IMG/VR virus record: IMGVR_UViG_3300044445_000018
Span: 1-64,000 of that record
From: a virus
Length of the DNA: 64,000 nucleotides
Reading direction: 5' to 3' (one strand)
This document shows, in pieces, positions 55,653 through 63,933 of this stretch (positions within the stretch are counted from its first letter, which is position 1; every line of letters starts with the position of its first letter). A program made the translations under genes and the position numbers. Below the pieces are notes generated by a model. That model saw only the letters and a list, made by a program, of their open reading frames with translations, was not told the origin of the DNA and made no database searches.

Positions 55653-56189
55653 TTAGTTTGAAATTAACTGCATTTCCCCGACCACTTCGTTCTGGATCGT
55701 GGTCAGGTTTGTCAGGAGCCCCTTGTAGGCGAGGCCCATGACGGCCAGTCCGTAAGCGTCTGCGATGTCGTTGGAGGCGGGCTCGAAGCCCCACCGCTTG
55801 TAGACTTGCAGCATGACTTGGTCTTTGTCCGAGTTTCCCTTGCCTGTCACGAACCTTTTCAGTTCGCTGGCGCGGGGGTCGGCCCAGGAGAGGCCGTCGA
55901 GTTTGAGACAAAAGCGCAGAAGCCCTCCGAGTTCCACGAGGGGGATCACGGAGGACGCGTTCTTCATGTTCAGGCTGTAGCCCTCGATCACGATGACGTC
56001 GGGTTGCCACTCCGTAATGCGCTCCATGATCTCCGATACGATCCACTGAGCCCGGTCGATCCCCGCGAGCTTCTTGGGGACGAGCGTGCCTGCAAACAGC
56101 GTCTGAGGGACCTTGATCTTGTCGGCCGCGTAGAGATGCACGAGACCCGTGGCCTTAGTAGACGGGTCGATGCCGAGGGCCGTAGTCAT
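55653..56189 (-). CDS. ruvC: RuvC-like Holliday junction resolvase
   Basis: ALGIDPSTKATG, VIVIEGYS, VTGKGNSDKDQV and NDIADAYGLA. ATGA overlap at 56186-56189. Confidence 0.75.
   Translation of the reverse strand: MTTALGIDPSTKATGLVHLYAADKIKVPQTLFAGTLVPKKLAGIDRAQWIVSEIMERITEWQPDVIVIEGYSLNMKNASSVIPLVELGGLLRFCLKLDGLSWADPRASELKRFVTGKGNSDKDQVMLQVYKRWGFEPASNDIADAYGLAVMGLAYKGLLTNLTTIQNEVVGEMQLISN
55658..55673. promoter_or_regulatory. palindrome TTGAAATTAACTGCAT
   Basis: Covers the last codons (MQLISN) of RuvC, 2 nt before its TAA stop. Confidence 0.75.
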
Positions 56190-57103
56190 GCGTCGTTCCA
56201 CTCGTACTGCGGGGGATGTTTGCCGCTGAAGCACAGCGCCTTGCGGTCGCAGAACTGCGCACGCTTCACGTTGGCTGTCGAGCAGATGCCGTGGGGCATG
56301 GGCACTTGCTTGGCCCGGAACGCTTTGATCACGGCAGCCCGCAGAACGAGATGTTCGGTCTTCTCGTCGTTACGGTGGACGACATACTCCTTGAACGGGG
56401 AGAACTGGTCGGACAGGTTCCACGCCTTCAGATCGGGATCGAGGCAGCCGAAGCCGCCTTTGGTGGTGTAGAGGATGTCTCCCTTCTCCGTGTCGATCTT
56501 CCAGCCGTTGACGTTCGTGTTGAACCCGCTCTCAGCGATGATCCGCAAGTACAGGTTGGTCCGCAGCTTGTGCTCAGCCAGGGGCGCCACGAGACCCTTG
56601 AACTGATCCTTGTCCATCGTCTTGATCTCGGTCACACGAAGTAAGCCGGGAGCCACGATCCGCAGCATGTCGATGCCGCAGTCCGCCGCGTTGAGGCTCG
56701 ACTGGAACCGGCACTCGATGGGCTTGAACTTCTTACACCCGCACTCACACTGCTTGGGCCGGGCCTGGAACGTGTGGTTCTTCTCGCAGGCAAGACACTC
56801 CCAGTCCCCGATGCACTTGCCCATGTCGGCGAAAGCGTGGACGAGCCGGTCCTGAATGTCGTGGCCGATGTCGTACGTCACGACTTCCGAGGCCGTCAGC
56901 CACTCGTCCGCAGGTTTCGTCTGGCCTGCATCGTGAAGGGCGTAGTAGCGGGGACATAGCCCTTCAGCCTTAGTCAAGGCCGAGGCGTGAACCTTGGACA
57001 GAGACCGCGCTGGCTGTGCCCCGGTCAGGTGGCTGTGCAGTTGATACCGCATCGATCCCGTGGGGATGACAGCGGACAGCTTCTTGAGGAACGTCAATGC
57101 CAC
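56186..57103 (-). CDS. Cas4/RecB-like PD-(D/E)XK exonuclease with Cys clusters
   Basis: GIDMLR...RVTEIKT (D...ExK). One N-terminal Cys (LCPRYY) and C-terminal CSTANVKRAQFCDRKALC. GTG start after GGGAG. Confidence 0.6.
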   Translation of the reverse strand: MALTFLKKLSAVIPTGSMRYQLHSHLTGAQPARSLSKVHASALTKAEGLCPRYYALHDAGQTKPADEWLTASEVVTYDIGHDIQDRLVHAFADMGKCIGDWECLACEKNHTFQARPKQCECGCKKFKPIECRFQSSLNAADCGIDMLRIVAPGLLRVTEIKTMDKDQFKGLVAPLAEHKLRTNLYLRIIAESGFNTNVNGWKIDTEKGDILYTTKGGFGCLDPDLKAWNLSDQFSPFKEYVVHRNDEKTEHLVLRAAVIKAFRAKQVPMPHGICSTANVKRAQFCDRKALCFSGKHPPQYEWNDA

Positions 57104-57104
57104 G

Positions 57105-57923
57105 TCAGGCTCCCGATTTCTTGCTCAGAGCCAGCAACGTGCTCTGCGTGCCGATAAGCTGCGTGTGCAGCGACTGCATCTGTGTTTGCAGGGTATAGAT
57201 GTCTTTCGCCATCCCGTCGATCATATTCGTCAACTCGCCGAAGACATGTGCCGGAACAAACTCCATCGGAAGATCAGTGACTTTGCCGACAAGATCGTTC
57301 AGGGACATGGCAACGTTCCAGAGCATCATCCCGTTGTCAGCAGCCTGATTGATCATCCCCGGATTGACGCCCGAGACAGCCGGAACGAAGGGCTTCCACA
57401 CTTTGTCCTTGTGCGCTGGGAAGGGCGCGTAATTAAGCATCTCAGGCTCTTTCGGAAAGAACGTGAAAGGCTTTTCGTATGCCGGCTTGGAGTAGACGCC
57501 CGACATCTTCTCTTTGAGCTTTTCCATGTCGATGGAGACGGGCTTGTCGTATTCCGACATGGGGGTAATGTGGGGTTCGTCTTTTGGCAGCAGGTAGTCT
57601 TCGAGATAGAACGGCTTCTTCTCGGCGCTGTGCCCTTTGAGCAGGACGTGCTCGATGTCGGCTTGGATGCCTGCCTGCAACTTGTTGATCACGAACGCTT
57701 GCAACTGCTTGGTGCTGGAGTCGGTGGCTTGGTCGTGGAAGCTCTCCCCCAGCTTCATCTTACCCAGGTTTTCACTGTTGGCGTTGCTCGGCTTGTTGGG
57801 GTCGAACGGCCACCACGGATTGTCCGCCGCGTTGAGTTCAGGAAGCTCAAGCACCGCGCCGGGAATGAGCTTGGGGTAGCTCGTGTGTGCAGCTAATTTC
57901 ACCACGGTCTTGAGCCACCGCAC
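57105..57923 (-). CDS. hypothetical protein (272 aa)
   Basis: GTG 57923 is 4 nt after GGGAGGG. Confidence 0.5.
   Translation of the reverse strand: MRWLKTVVKLAAHTSYPKLIPGAVLELPELNAADNPWWPFDPNKPSNANSENLGKMKLGESFHDQATDSSTKQLQAFVINKLQAGIQADIEHVLLKGHSAEKKPFYLEDYLLPKDEPHITPMSEYDKPVSIDMEKLKEKMSGVYSKPAYEKPFTFFPKEPEMLNYAPFPAHKDKVWKPFVPAVSGVNPGMINQAADNGMMLWNVAMSLNDLVGKVTDLPMEFVPAHVFGELTNMIDGMAKDIYTLQTQMQSLHTQLIGTQSTLLALSKKSGA
57887..57902. promoter_or_regulatory. palindrome variant GTGCAGCTAATTTCAC (intragenic)
   Basis: Centre is CTAA. Covers codons 8-12 of 57105..57923. Confidence 0.7.
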
Positions 57924-57924
57924 G

Positions 57925-58440
57925 TCACCCTCCCTTGCGCTTGCTGATGTAGTGGATGCCGGGGGTCGCGTCGTAACGCCAGTCCCAGTAGTACCACGCC
58001 AGTTGCTCGTCCCCGACGCACACGAACTTCGCGGCGAAGGGCAGCTTGTCGAACACAGGAGCGAACAAGGGGTTGGCGTCGAGGCTGTGCTTGGCCAGCA
58101 GGAGGACCGCGCCGTCGTTCAAGTCCATGAGATCGAGAGCGTGTTCGACCCACTGTGTGTTACCGCACTGCTCGGGTCTGAGACGAGTGCAGATCAGCTT
58201 GATCGAGGGATCGACGTTATCGACGGCCAGGAGATCGTCCACGCCATCACAGGCTTCCCACTTGGGGCGCACGGTGTCGGTGGCCAGCACCTTGAACTCC
58301 CGTCTGCGAAGCACTTCCGTGATATGCCCTTCCCCGCAGAGCGGGTCCCAGACCACGGTGTCGAGGACAGGCAGGATGCCCTTGTCGAGCACCCGGTGAA
58401 CGATCCAGTGTTGCGTCACCACTCCGAGAGACATGCTCAT
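57925..58440 (-). CDS. methyltransferase-like protein with atypical motif IV
   Basis: Motif I VWDPLCGEGHI. The NPPY position reads LICTRLRPEQ. ATGA overlap at 58437-58440. Confidence 0.4.
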   Translation of the reverse strand: MSMSLGVVTQHWIVHRVLDKGILPVLDTVVWDPLCGEGHITEVLRRREFKVLATDTVRPKWEACDGVDDLLAVDNVDPSIKLICTRLRPEQCGNTQWVEHALDLMDLNDGAVLLLAKHSLDANPLFAPVFDKLPFAAKFVCVGDEQLAWYYWDWRYDATPGIHYISKRKGG

Positions 58441-58793
58441 TCTCCGACTAGCAATCGCCAGTCTGCTAAAGGGATACAGACCCATTCCCCGGATGGGACG
58501 GGCCTGCCGTCAGGATTGATGAAGGAGAGGGCCAGGGCCGGCGTCTTGCCTTCTGAGCGGGCTTCCTTGGCGATCTTGGCCAACCACTCGTGTTTGAGCC
58601 CCATAGAGGCCCCTTCCGTGGACTTGGCTTCCATGAGGACGGACCCGAGGTCGATGTCGCCCTTGGCCCCTTCCATGGCCCCGGAGGCCGGGCGTACCCG
58701 ACCCCCTAGTTTCTTGGCGAGGCGGGTTTCCGAGGCCCGACCTCCCTTGCCGATGGTGTGCTGACTGCGGCGGTCGAGGTACTTATTCGGCAT
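58437..58793 (-). CDS. PD-(D/E)XK (Hjc/resolvase-like) nuclease
   Basis: SGAMEGAKGDIDLGSVLMEAKST (D...EAK). Confidence 0.45.
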   Translation of the reverse strand: MPNKYLDRRSQHTIGKGGRASETRLAKKLGGRVRPASGAMEGAKGDIDLGSVLMEAKSTEGASMGLKHEWLAKIAKEARSEGKTPALALSFINPDGRPVPSGEWVCIPLADWRLLVGE

Positions 58794-59847
58794 CTCCGAT
58801 CCCGTTCTGCTCGCGCACGAACGAGATGATGGCTGCCCTCACTTCGTCCCCGAACGCCTTCTGGCCATAGATGCGATCCTTGAAATCGCTGATCTTGTCG
58901 TACTGGTCGCCGAGGATCGTGTACCCCTTGCCCTTCGCATTCGGTTCGAAGTGCCCGAAGTTCTTCAGATACTCGGAGATCGTGTTGAAGTCGTCGGTAT
59001 TGCCGACCGACAGCCCCTTGTGGGGCATGGTGATCATCGAGAACATGCCCGACGCGCCGATGATCGGGCACTTCCACTTCTTGACGACGAAGCTCACTTC
59101 CTTCGCCACCGGCATACTGTCGCTGATCTTCGTGTCCTTGACGTTCTTGCCGTAGACACGCAGCGAGATCGCCGCTTGATACTTGGGTGCGTTGCCTCCC
59201 GGCATCGTCTCAGGATCACCGAACATGACCCCGATCTTGAACCGGATTTGGTTGATGTAGAACAGGGTCGGCCGATACCCCTGCTTCTCAGCCTCGGCCA
59301 GCGCCGCTGTGGTCTTGCGGACGAGTTTGCCGGTGACGAGACCGGACCCGCCCACATTGGCCTTCTCGGCGCTGCTGTTGCTCTCCTGGGTGGTCACGAG
59401 GGCCGCGAGGCTATCGATGATGATGACCCCGATGTCCTCGGCCCCCAGGAGCCCTTCGACTTGATCGACCATCTGCTCTGCGTACGATGGCCGCATCACG
59501 ATCAGGTCGTCTACCTTGACCCCGAGCTTCGCCGCCCACGCTGGGTCGAAGCTGTGCTCTATGTCGAAGAAGACGTTCTTCTTCTCCGGGTAGATGCGCT
59601 GGTGCATCGCGACCGCCATGAGCGCGATGTTCGTCTTGCAGGAGCTTTCGGGCCCCCAGATGATGCTGGCCTTGCCCATCGGGAAGCCCCCGCCCAACGC
59701 GAGGTCGAGGGGGAACAGGCCGGTGGGCAGTCGAGGGGCGTTGGTCAGTTCGCCCCCGTAGGTGCCGATGTCGTCCCCACTGTCTTTCTTGAAGGCAGTG
59801 AGGAGACCATCGACAGAGGCTTTCTTGGCCTTATCGACTGCGGCCAT
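58783..59847 (-). CDS. recA: RecA-family recombinase
   Basis: Walker A WGPESSCKT, IIIDSLAAL, and INQIRFKIGVMFGDPETMPGGNAPKYQA. Confidence 0.85.
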   Translation of the reverse strand: MAAVDKAKKASVDGLLTAFKKDSGDDIGTYGGELTNAPRLPTGLFPLDLALGGGFPMGKASIIWGPESSCKTNIALMAVAMHQRIYPEKKNVFFDIEHSFDPAWAAKLGVKVDDLIVMRPSYAEQMVDQVEGLLGAEDIGVIIIDSLAALVTTQESNSSAEKANVGGSGLVTGKLVRKTTAALAEAEKQGYRPTLFYINQIRFKIGVMFGDPETMPGGNAPKYQAAISLRVYGKNVKDTKISDSMPVAKEVSFVVKKWKCPIIGASGMFSMITMPHKGLSVGNTDDFNTISEYLKNFGHFEPNAKGKGYTILGDQYDKISDFKDRIYGQKAFGDEVRAAIISFVREQNGIGDAE

Positions 59848-60099
59848 TTACTTGATCCGTTCGAAGCTGATGCTCTCGCCGTCAACACCGATGGAGTAAT
59901 CCGGGATATCCTCCTCGTCTCCCAGGGTCTCGAACTCGTCACAGATCAGCAGATAGCGGATGCTGTCCGTGAGCGGGTTCGGGGTCGCTGAGAGCACGAG
60001 GCACTGCCCGAAGATCGCCTTCACGATATCCGGGTGTTCGTCCATGGTGGCGACTTCGACGTCGAGGAAGCCGGACTTGCTGCGGTCGATGGCTGACAT
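59848..60099 (-). CDS. hypothetical acidic protein (83 aa)
   Basis: ATG 60099 is 9 nt after GGAGAG. The track start lies upstream of the palindrome. Confidence 0.45.
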   Translation of the reverse strand: MSAIDRSKSGFLDVEVATMDEHPDIVKAIFGQCLVLSATPNPLTDSIRYLLICDEFETLGDEEDIPDYSIGVDGESISFERIK

Positions 60100-60116
60100 G
60101 GTTTTGATCTCTCCGA

Positions 60117-60132
60117 GTGACATTAATTGCAG
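60117..60132. promoter_or_regulatory. junction palindrome GTGACATTAATTGCAG
   Basis: 11 nt after the stop at 60144 and 17 nt before ATG 60099. Confidence 0.85.
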
Positions 60133-60143
60133 AAGGGCTCGGG

Positions 60144-60632
60144 TTACTCGCCGGAACCCGTGAGGCCGGAGACGGCGGCTTGCATCTTCGTGTTGCACCA
60201 GCCCTCCACGAACTCGTACACTTCATCGATCTCGTCAGCGGCACACGGCACCGACAGGCTCACGCCGATGCGGGTGCTGTTGTAGTTGCCGAGGTTGTGC
60301 GTGTAGCTGGCATCCACGGTGATGCGGCAGAGAGCCTGCGCGTCGCTTGTGGCCTGGGCCGACGAGGGCGGAACGACGACCTTCTGCTGGGTCTGCTCCG
60401 TGTCCACGATGGTGCCCTTGTGGATGTTGTCCTTCGTGACGGTGGCGCTCCCGAGGATCGGCTTGCTGGGGTCGGCCTTCGCCGCTTCCGCCGGGGTCTC
60501 CTTCAGCACTTCGGCGACGGACTTCTTGCCGATCTGAATGCCGCCCTTCTTCGGGGCGGGGGTGTCCGCCGCCGTCACCGGAGCCGGGTCCTCGGCAGCC
60601 GGGGCGTCCTTCTTCTTGATGTTGATACCCAC
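60144..60632 (-). CDS. hypothetical protein with MGINIKKK leader and Ala/Pro linker (162 aa)
   Basis: GTG start 4 nt after AGGAGAG. Confidence 0.5.
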   Translation of the reverse strand: MGINIKKKDAPAAEDPAPVTAADTPAPKKGGIQIGKKSVAEVLKETPAEAAKADPSKPILGSATVTKDNIHKGTIVDTEQTQQKVVVPPSSAQATSDAQALCRITVDASYTHNLGNYNSTRIGVSLSVPCAADEIDEVYEFVEGWCNTKMQAAVSGLTGSGE

Positions 60633-60659
60633 TGGTCTCTCCTGAGTTACGAGATCGCC

Positions 60660-62024
60660 TCATGCAATCTCTTTGATCACGCAGCCAATCGACTTGTACC
60701 ACTTCAGCCGACTGTCCGCGTAACTCTCGAACACCGGACTGTCGGTATCGACGTAGTCCAGTACAACGATGGCAGCCTTGTTCTCGTATTCGCGTCGGAT
60801 GCGGCCGACGATCTGAATGACGTTCGAACGAGGCATTGCAAGGGAGCATGTGTCGAGCCAGGGGAAGTTCGTTCCCTCGGAACACATGGAGAAGGTGGTG
60901 AGCATGATCGGGCGGGCCAGAGCCTTGTCCCGTTCAGCAATCTCGGCCTTGGTCGTGGCTCCGATGTACTTGCCAATATCCTTACCAGGGATACCGAGCT
61001 TTACGCAAGCCCTGAGGATGTTGTCCAGATGCTCTAGGGTCGAAGAGAAGACCACATGCTTGCGGCCCTTCTGGTAGACGTCCAGGGTGTTCCTAGCGAT
61101 CAGCGCATTCCGCTCGTCGTTGTTGGCCAGCATCTTCTCCACATGGGCCGTCTTGCCGGCCGAATGCGGGACCTTGATGACGGAACGCTCGCCGGTCTCC
61201 TTGTTGACACGGATCGTCTTGGGGCACTTCCACTCGGTCTCGACCCGCAACACCTTCGGCACCATCAGTTCCGCTTCGGTCTGAGCACGAATGGGGCCGA
61301 TATGCGCGTTGAGCATCAGGTCTTTGCCGTCCTGCCTCTCCTTGGTGGCGGTGAGGCCGAGGCGGACGCGAGCCGGGAACATCCAGGCCACCTTGGAGAA
61401 GTGCTCTGCCGGGAGGCGGTGGCACTCGTCAAAGATGACCAGCCCGAACTCCTTGAATATCCAGTCGGGATACTTGCCTTCGCGAGACAGGGAGTGGATC
61501 AGCGCCACGCAGAACTTCGTGCCGATGATCTCGCACTTGTCCTGCCTGATCTCGCCGACCTCACTGGGTTTGATCCCGAGAAAGGTGGGGGCGTCGGCGA
61601 TCCACTGATCGTAGATGTCGGACTTGGTGGTGATGACCAGGGTCTTGCACTGGCGGACCCAGGCTGCCCGGTAGCCGAGCCACGTCTTGCCCCATCCGGT
61701 GTAGCAGCACACGAGGCCCGACTTGCCCGCTTTGATGAAGGCGTCCACTTCCTCCATCACGGCGACTTGGTTGGGCCGGGGTTTGGGCTCCTTGGGGAAG
61801 ACCGTCGCTACGCCGTCTGTCCTGGCATCCGTCATGCCGATGGGGCACAGGGCACGCGGCAGGTGGATGAAGTTGCCCTCGACCTTGTGCAGCGGCACGA
61901 CTTCGTCATCGAAGCGGCTCTTGAACGTGTACTTCTGGGCCAGCTTCAGATCGTACCCGTAGACGGCGGATGCACCGGTCTTGATCGGGACGGCTGTCGT
62001 AGCCAGTGTACGGATCGAGGACAT
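60660..62024 (-). CDS. superfamily 2 DEAD/DEAH-box (ResIII-type) DNA helicase
   Basis: Walker A YTGWGKTW, DEXH box VIFDECHR, and C-terminal helicase domain motifs. Confidence 0.8.
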   Translation of the reverse strand: MSSIRTLATTAVPIKTGASAVYGYDLKLAQKYTFKSRFDDEVVPLHKVEGNFIHLPRALCPIGMTDARTDGVATVFPKEPKPRPNQVAVMEEVDAFIKAGKSGLVCCYTGWGKTWLGYRAAWVRQCKTLVITTKSDIYDQWIADAPTFLGIKPSEVGEIRQDKCEIIGTKFCVALIHSLSREGKYPDWIFKEFGLVIFDECHRLPAEHFSKVAWMFPARVRLGLTATKERQDGKDLMLNAHIGPIRAQTEAELMVPKVLRVETEWKCPKTIRVNKETGERSVIKVPHSAGKTAHVEKMLANNDERNALIARNTLDVYQKGRKHVVFSSTLEHLDNILRACVKLGIPGKDIGKYIGATTKAEIAERDKALARPIMLTTFSMCSEGTNFPWLDTCSLAMPRSNVIQIVGRIRREYENKAAIVVLDYVDTDSPVFESYADSRLKWYKSIGCVIKEIA

Positions 62025-62034
62025 CGTGTTTCCT

Positions 62035-62066
62035 TACAGCAGAAGGGGACCGGTCGCCCGATCCCC
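62035..62066 (-). terminator. hairpin / possible terminator upstream of the helicase gene
   Basis: Minus strand GGGGATCGG-GCGA-CCGGTCCCC followed by TTCTGCTGT. Confidence 0.5.
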
Positions 62067-62077
62067 CGTAGGTATGC

Positions 62078-62200
62078 GCCTAGCCTGCTTGCGACAGGTT
62101 GTTCAGATGCCTCACGGCGTCTTGGTAGCGGTAGGTCGCAGCAGGGGAGACGTTCCCGAGAAGCGAGCGGGCAATATGCGGGCACGCCCGCCTAGCCTGC
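62078..62200. repeat. two exact GCCTAGCCTGC copies
   Basis: Copies at 62078 and 62190. The second lies inside CDS 62080..62439; the first straddles its stop codon at 62080-62082. Confidence 0.8.
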
Positions 62201-62439
62201 TTATCGACCGGGGTCTCGGTGACGGCGACCTTGTCGGTCTTCGGCTTGCGAGGAGCGCGAGGCTTCTTGGGTTGGGCCTTCACGAGATCGACCTGACCGT
62301 CAGTCTCGCCGAGTACGACATGGGCCGGGGCCACCTTCTTGGCACGGGGCTTGGGCAGCTTCTGCATCTCGGGGTCGGTCGGGGTGCGGGCGGTGGCAGT
62401 CTTGCCGAGCTTCTTGAGCTTGTCAGCCATCTCAGTCAT
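62080..62439 (-). CDS. hypothetical basic protein (119 aa)
   Basis: ATG after GAGGAAG. Confidence 0.5.
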   Translation of the reverse strand: MTEMADKLKKLGKTATARTPTDPEMQKLPKPRAKKVAPAHVVLGETDGQVDLVKAQPKKPRAPRKPKTDKVAVTETPVDKQARRACPHIARSLLGNVSPAATYRYQDAVRHLNNLSQAG

Positions 62440-62452
62440 GTCGCTTCCTCAA

Positions 62453-62468
62453 GTGACGTTAATTGCAC
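62453..62468. promoter_or_regulatory. junction palindrome GTGACGTTAATTGCAC
   Basis: 13 nt upstream of ATG 62439. Confidence 0.85.
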
Positions 62469-62534
62469 AAACCCCTAGGAGAGGGAGGGGGTGGAAAGAG
62501 TGTATCCCCTCCCCGCCCTATGGGAAGGGTTTTG

Positions 62535-63011
62535 TCAAAGGACGTGAGGCCACAACTGGCCTCTCGCGATCTTGTTGACCGTCGACTGATTGACCCCGAA
62601 CAGAACTGCGAGAGCAGCCCCGCCGTTGATAGGATTGCCTTTGACAAAACGCTTGCGTATCTCTCGCACGGTTTCTTCGGTCAGCTTTGCGTTATGGACT
62701 TTTTCGCCTCGGGTTTGGCGTCCCTTCGAGACGCTGTCGTCGTAATTCTCTTTCTTGGTTCCTGCGGACAAGTGCTGAGGATTGCAGCAGGGCCTGTTAT
62801 CACACGAATGAAGGACGCACGATCTCGCAGGCACTGATCCGCCTTCAGCACGGAAAGCGTAGACGTGAGCGCCGACAAGCTCACCATGAGCAACAGCGAA
62901 CAGACCGTAGCCGCTGCTCTTGTCAATCGCTGCGGTCCAGGGCCAGCAGGCTTCAGGCCCACCAGACTTGTCCACTTTGCTCCAAAAGCGTTCGGCTACG
63001 GTCTGCTTCAT
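62535..63011 (-). CDS. HNH endonuclease with C-terminal HTH
   Basis: CWPW...GYGLF...VLHSCDNRPCCNPQHL...GTKKEN, then a C-terminal NQSTVNKIARG helix-turn-helix. Confidence 0.8.
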   Translation of the reverse strand: MKQTVAERFWSKVDKSGGPEACWPWTAAIDKSSGYGLFAVAHGELVGAHVYAFRAEGGSVPARSCVLHSCDNRPCCNPQHLSAGTKKENYDDSVSKGRQTRGEKVHNAKLTEETVREIRKRFVKGNPINGGAALAVLFGVNQSTVNKIARGQLWPHVL

Positions 63012-63012
63012 A

Positions 63013-63861
63013 TCACAACTCCGAGGCCAGATCGGACTTGGACTTGTCCTTCATCCCGCTCTCGTAGCCGATGCCCGAGGGCTTCTTGCCCACACCGAGT
63101 TCGATCAGTTCATCCGGGGTGCGGTAGGACAGTTCGTTTTCGTAGTCGGCCGGCTGCACGTCGGTGAGGGGGATGTTGTACTTCGCCGCGAGTTCTTCGA
63201 GAGACTGCTTCTCCACAAACTCGAACGTGTCACCCACAGCCGCCGACTTGTCCCCGCCACGGCTCACGTCGAAGGTGCAGCCCACGAGGCCGCCGCGCTT
63301 GGCTGCCTGCTTCATCAGGGTCTTGTGGGTGGTCTTCTTGCAGGCGAACAGCTTGCGGGAGTTGGAGATGACCTTGCCCTGGTTCTTGCCGCTCTGAACT
63401 GTGTAGGGCGTGTGGTCGATCACAGTCAGGTAGACCATCATCGTGGACGGGCTGTCGCCACGCTCACAGAGAGGGCAGGCCACGGACTTGTCCGTGTCGG
63501 CCGTACACATGAAGTTCTCGGATCGGCCGTTGAGCTTGATCCGGTGCTCGTAACCGATGGTGACGTCGAGTAGACCGTCTGCGTCAAGGTCGCCGTCGAG
63601 GAAGGTGATCTTCCGCTCGGTGTCCTCGTTCATCCAGAAGCGGAACATCTTGCCGTAGCTCTCCTTCTGGAGATCGGCCTTGTGTTCCTCCTTCTTGACG
63701 GTCTCCCGCGCATCAGCGCCGCGCTTGAGAAACGAAAAGCCGCCAGCCTTCTTCGGCGGGGACGAACCCTGCGCCGGTAGGGCTGACGGCTTGTTGGTGG
63801 TGGAGGGGGCTGAAGGGGTCGCTGCGGGGGGAGCGGTCTTCTTGACGAAGTTGAAAGGCAT
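63013..63861 (-). CDS. putative gp32-like single-stranded DNA-binding protein
   Basis: KMFRFWMNEDTERKITFLDG...EH...F.C...CPLCERGD resembles the T4 gp32 Zn/OB core. Sits at the head of the replication module. Confidence 0.45.
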   Translation of the reverse strand: MPFNFVKKTAPPAATPSAPSTTNKPSALPAQGSSPPKKAGGFSFLKRGADARETVKKEEHKADLQKESYGKMFRFWMNEDTERKITFLDGDLDADGLLDVTIGYEHRIKLNGRSENFMCTADTDKSVACPLCERGDSPSTMMVYLTVIDHTPYTVQSGKNQGKVISNSRKLFACKKTTHKTLMKQAAKRGGLVGCTFDVSRGGDKSAAVGDTFEFVEKQSLEELAAKYNIPLTDVQPADYENELSYRTPDELIELGVGKKPSGIGYESGMKDKSKSDLASEL

Positions 63862-63933
63862 GTCGCTATCCGAGGGGTTCTGAGTGTTTCCAAGTTGTCC
63901 ATAGGACAGGACTAACCTAGCACACCCTAAACC

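Noticed and set aside
4170-62468. The junction palindrome as a sigma70 promoter, or as an RNA hairpin/terminator.
   Set aside because: - Only the 23015 site has a -10-like hexamer at a suitable distance.
- Half-sites change without compensatory changes, so many copies would have mismatched stems.
- No U-run follows the repeat. At 44462 it sits next to a separate, genuine terminator.
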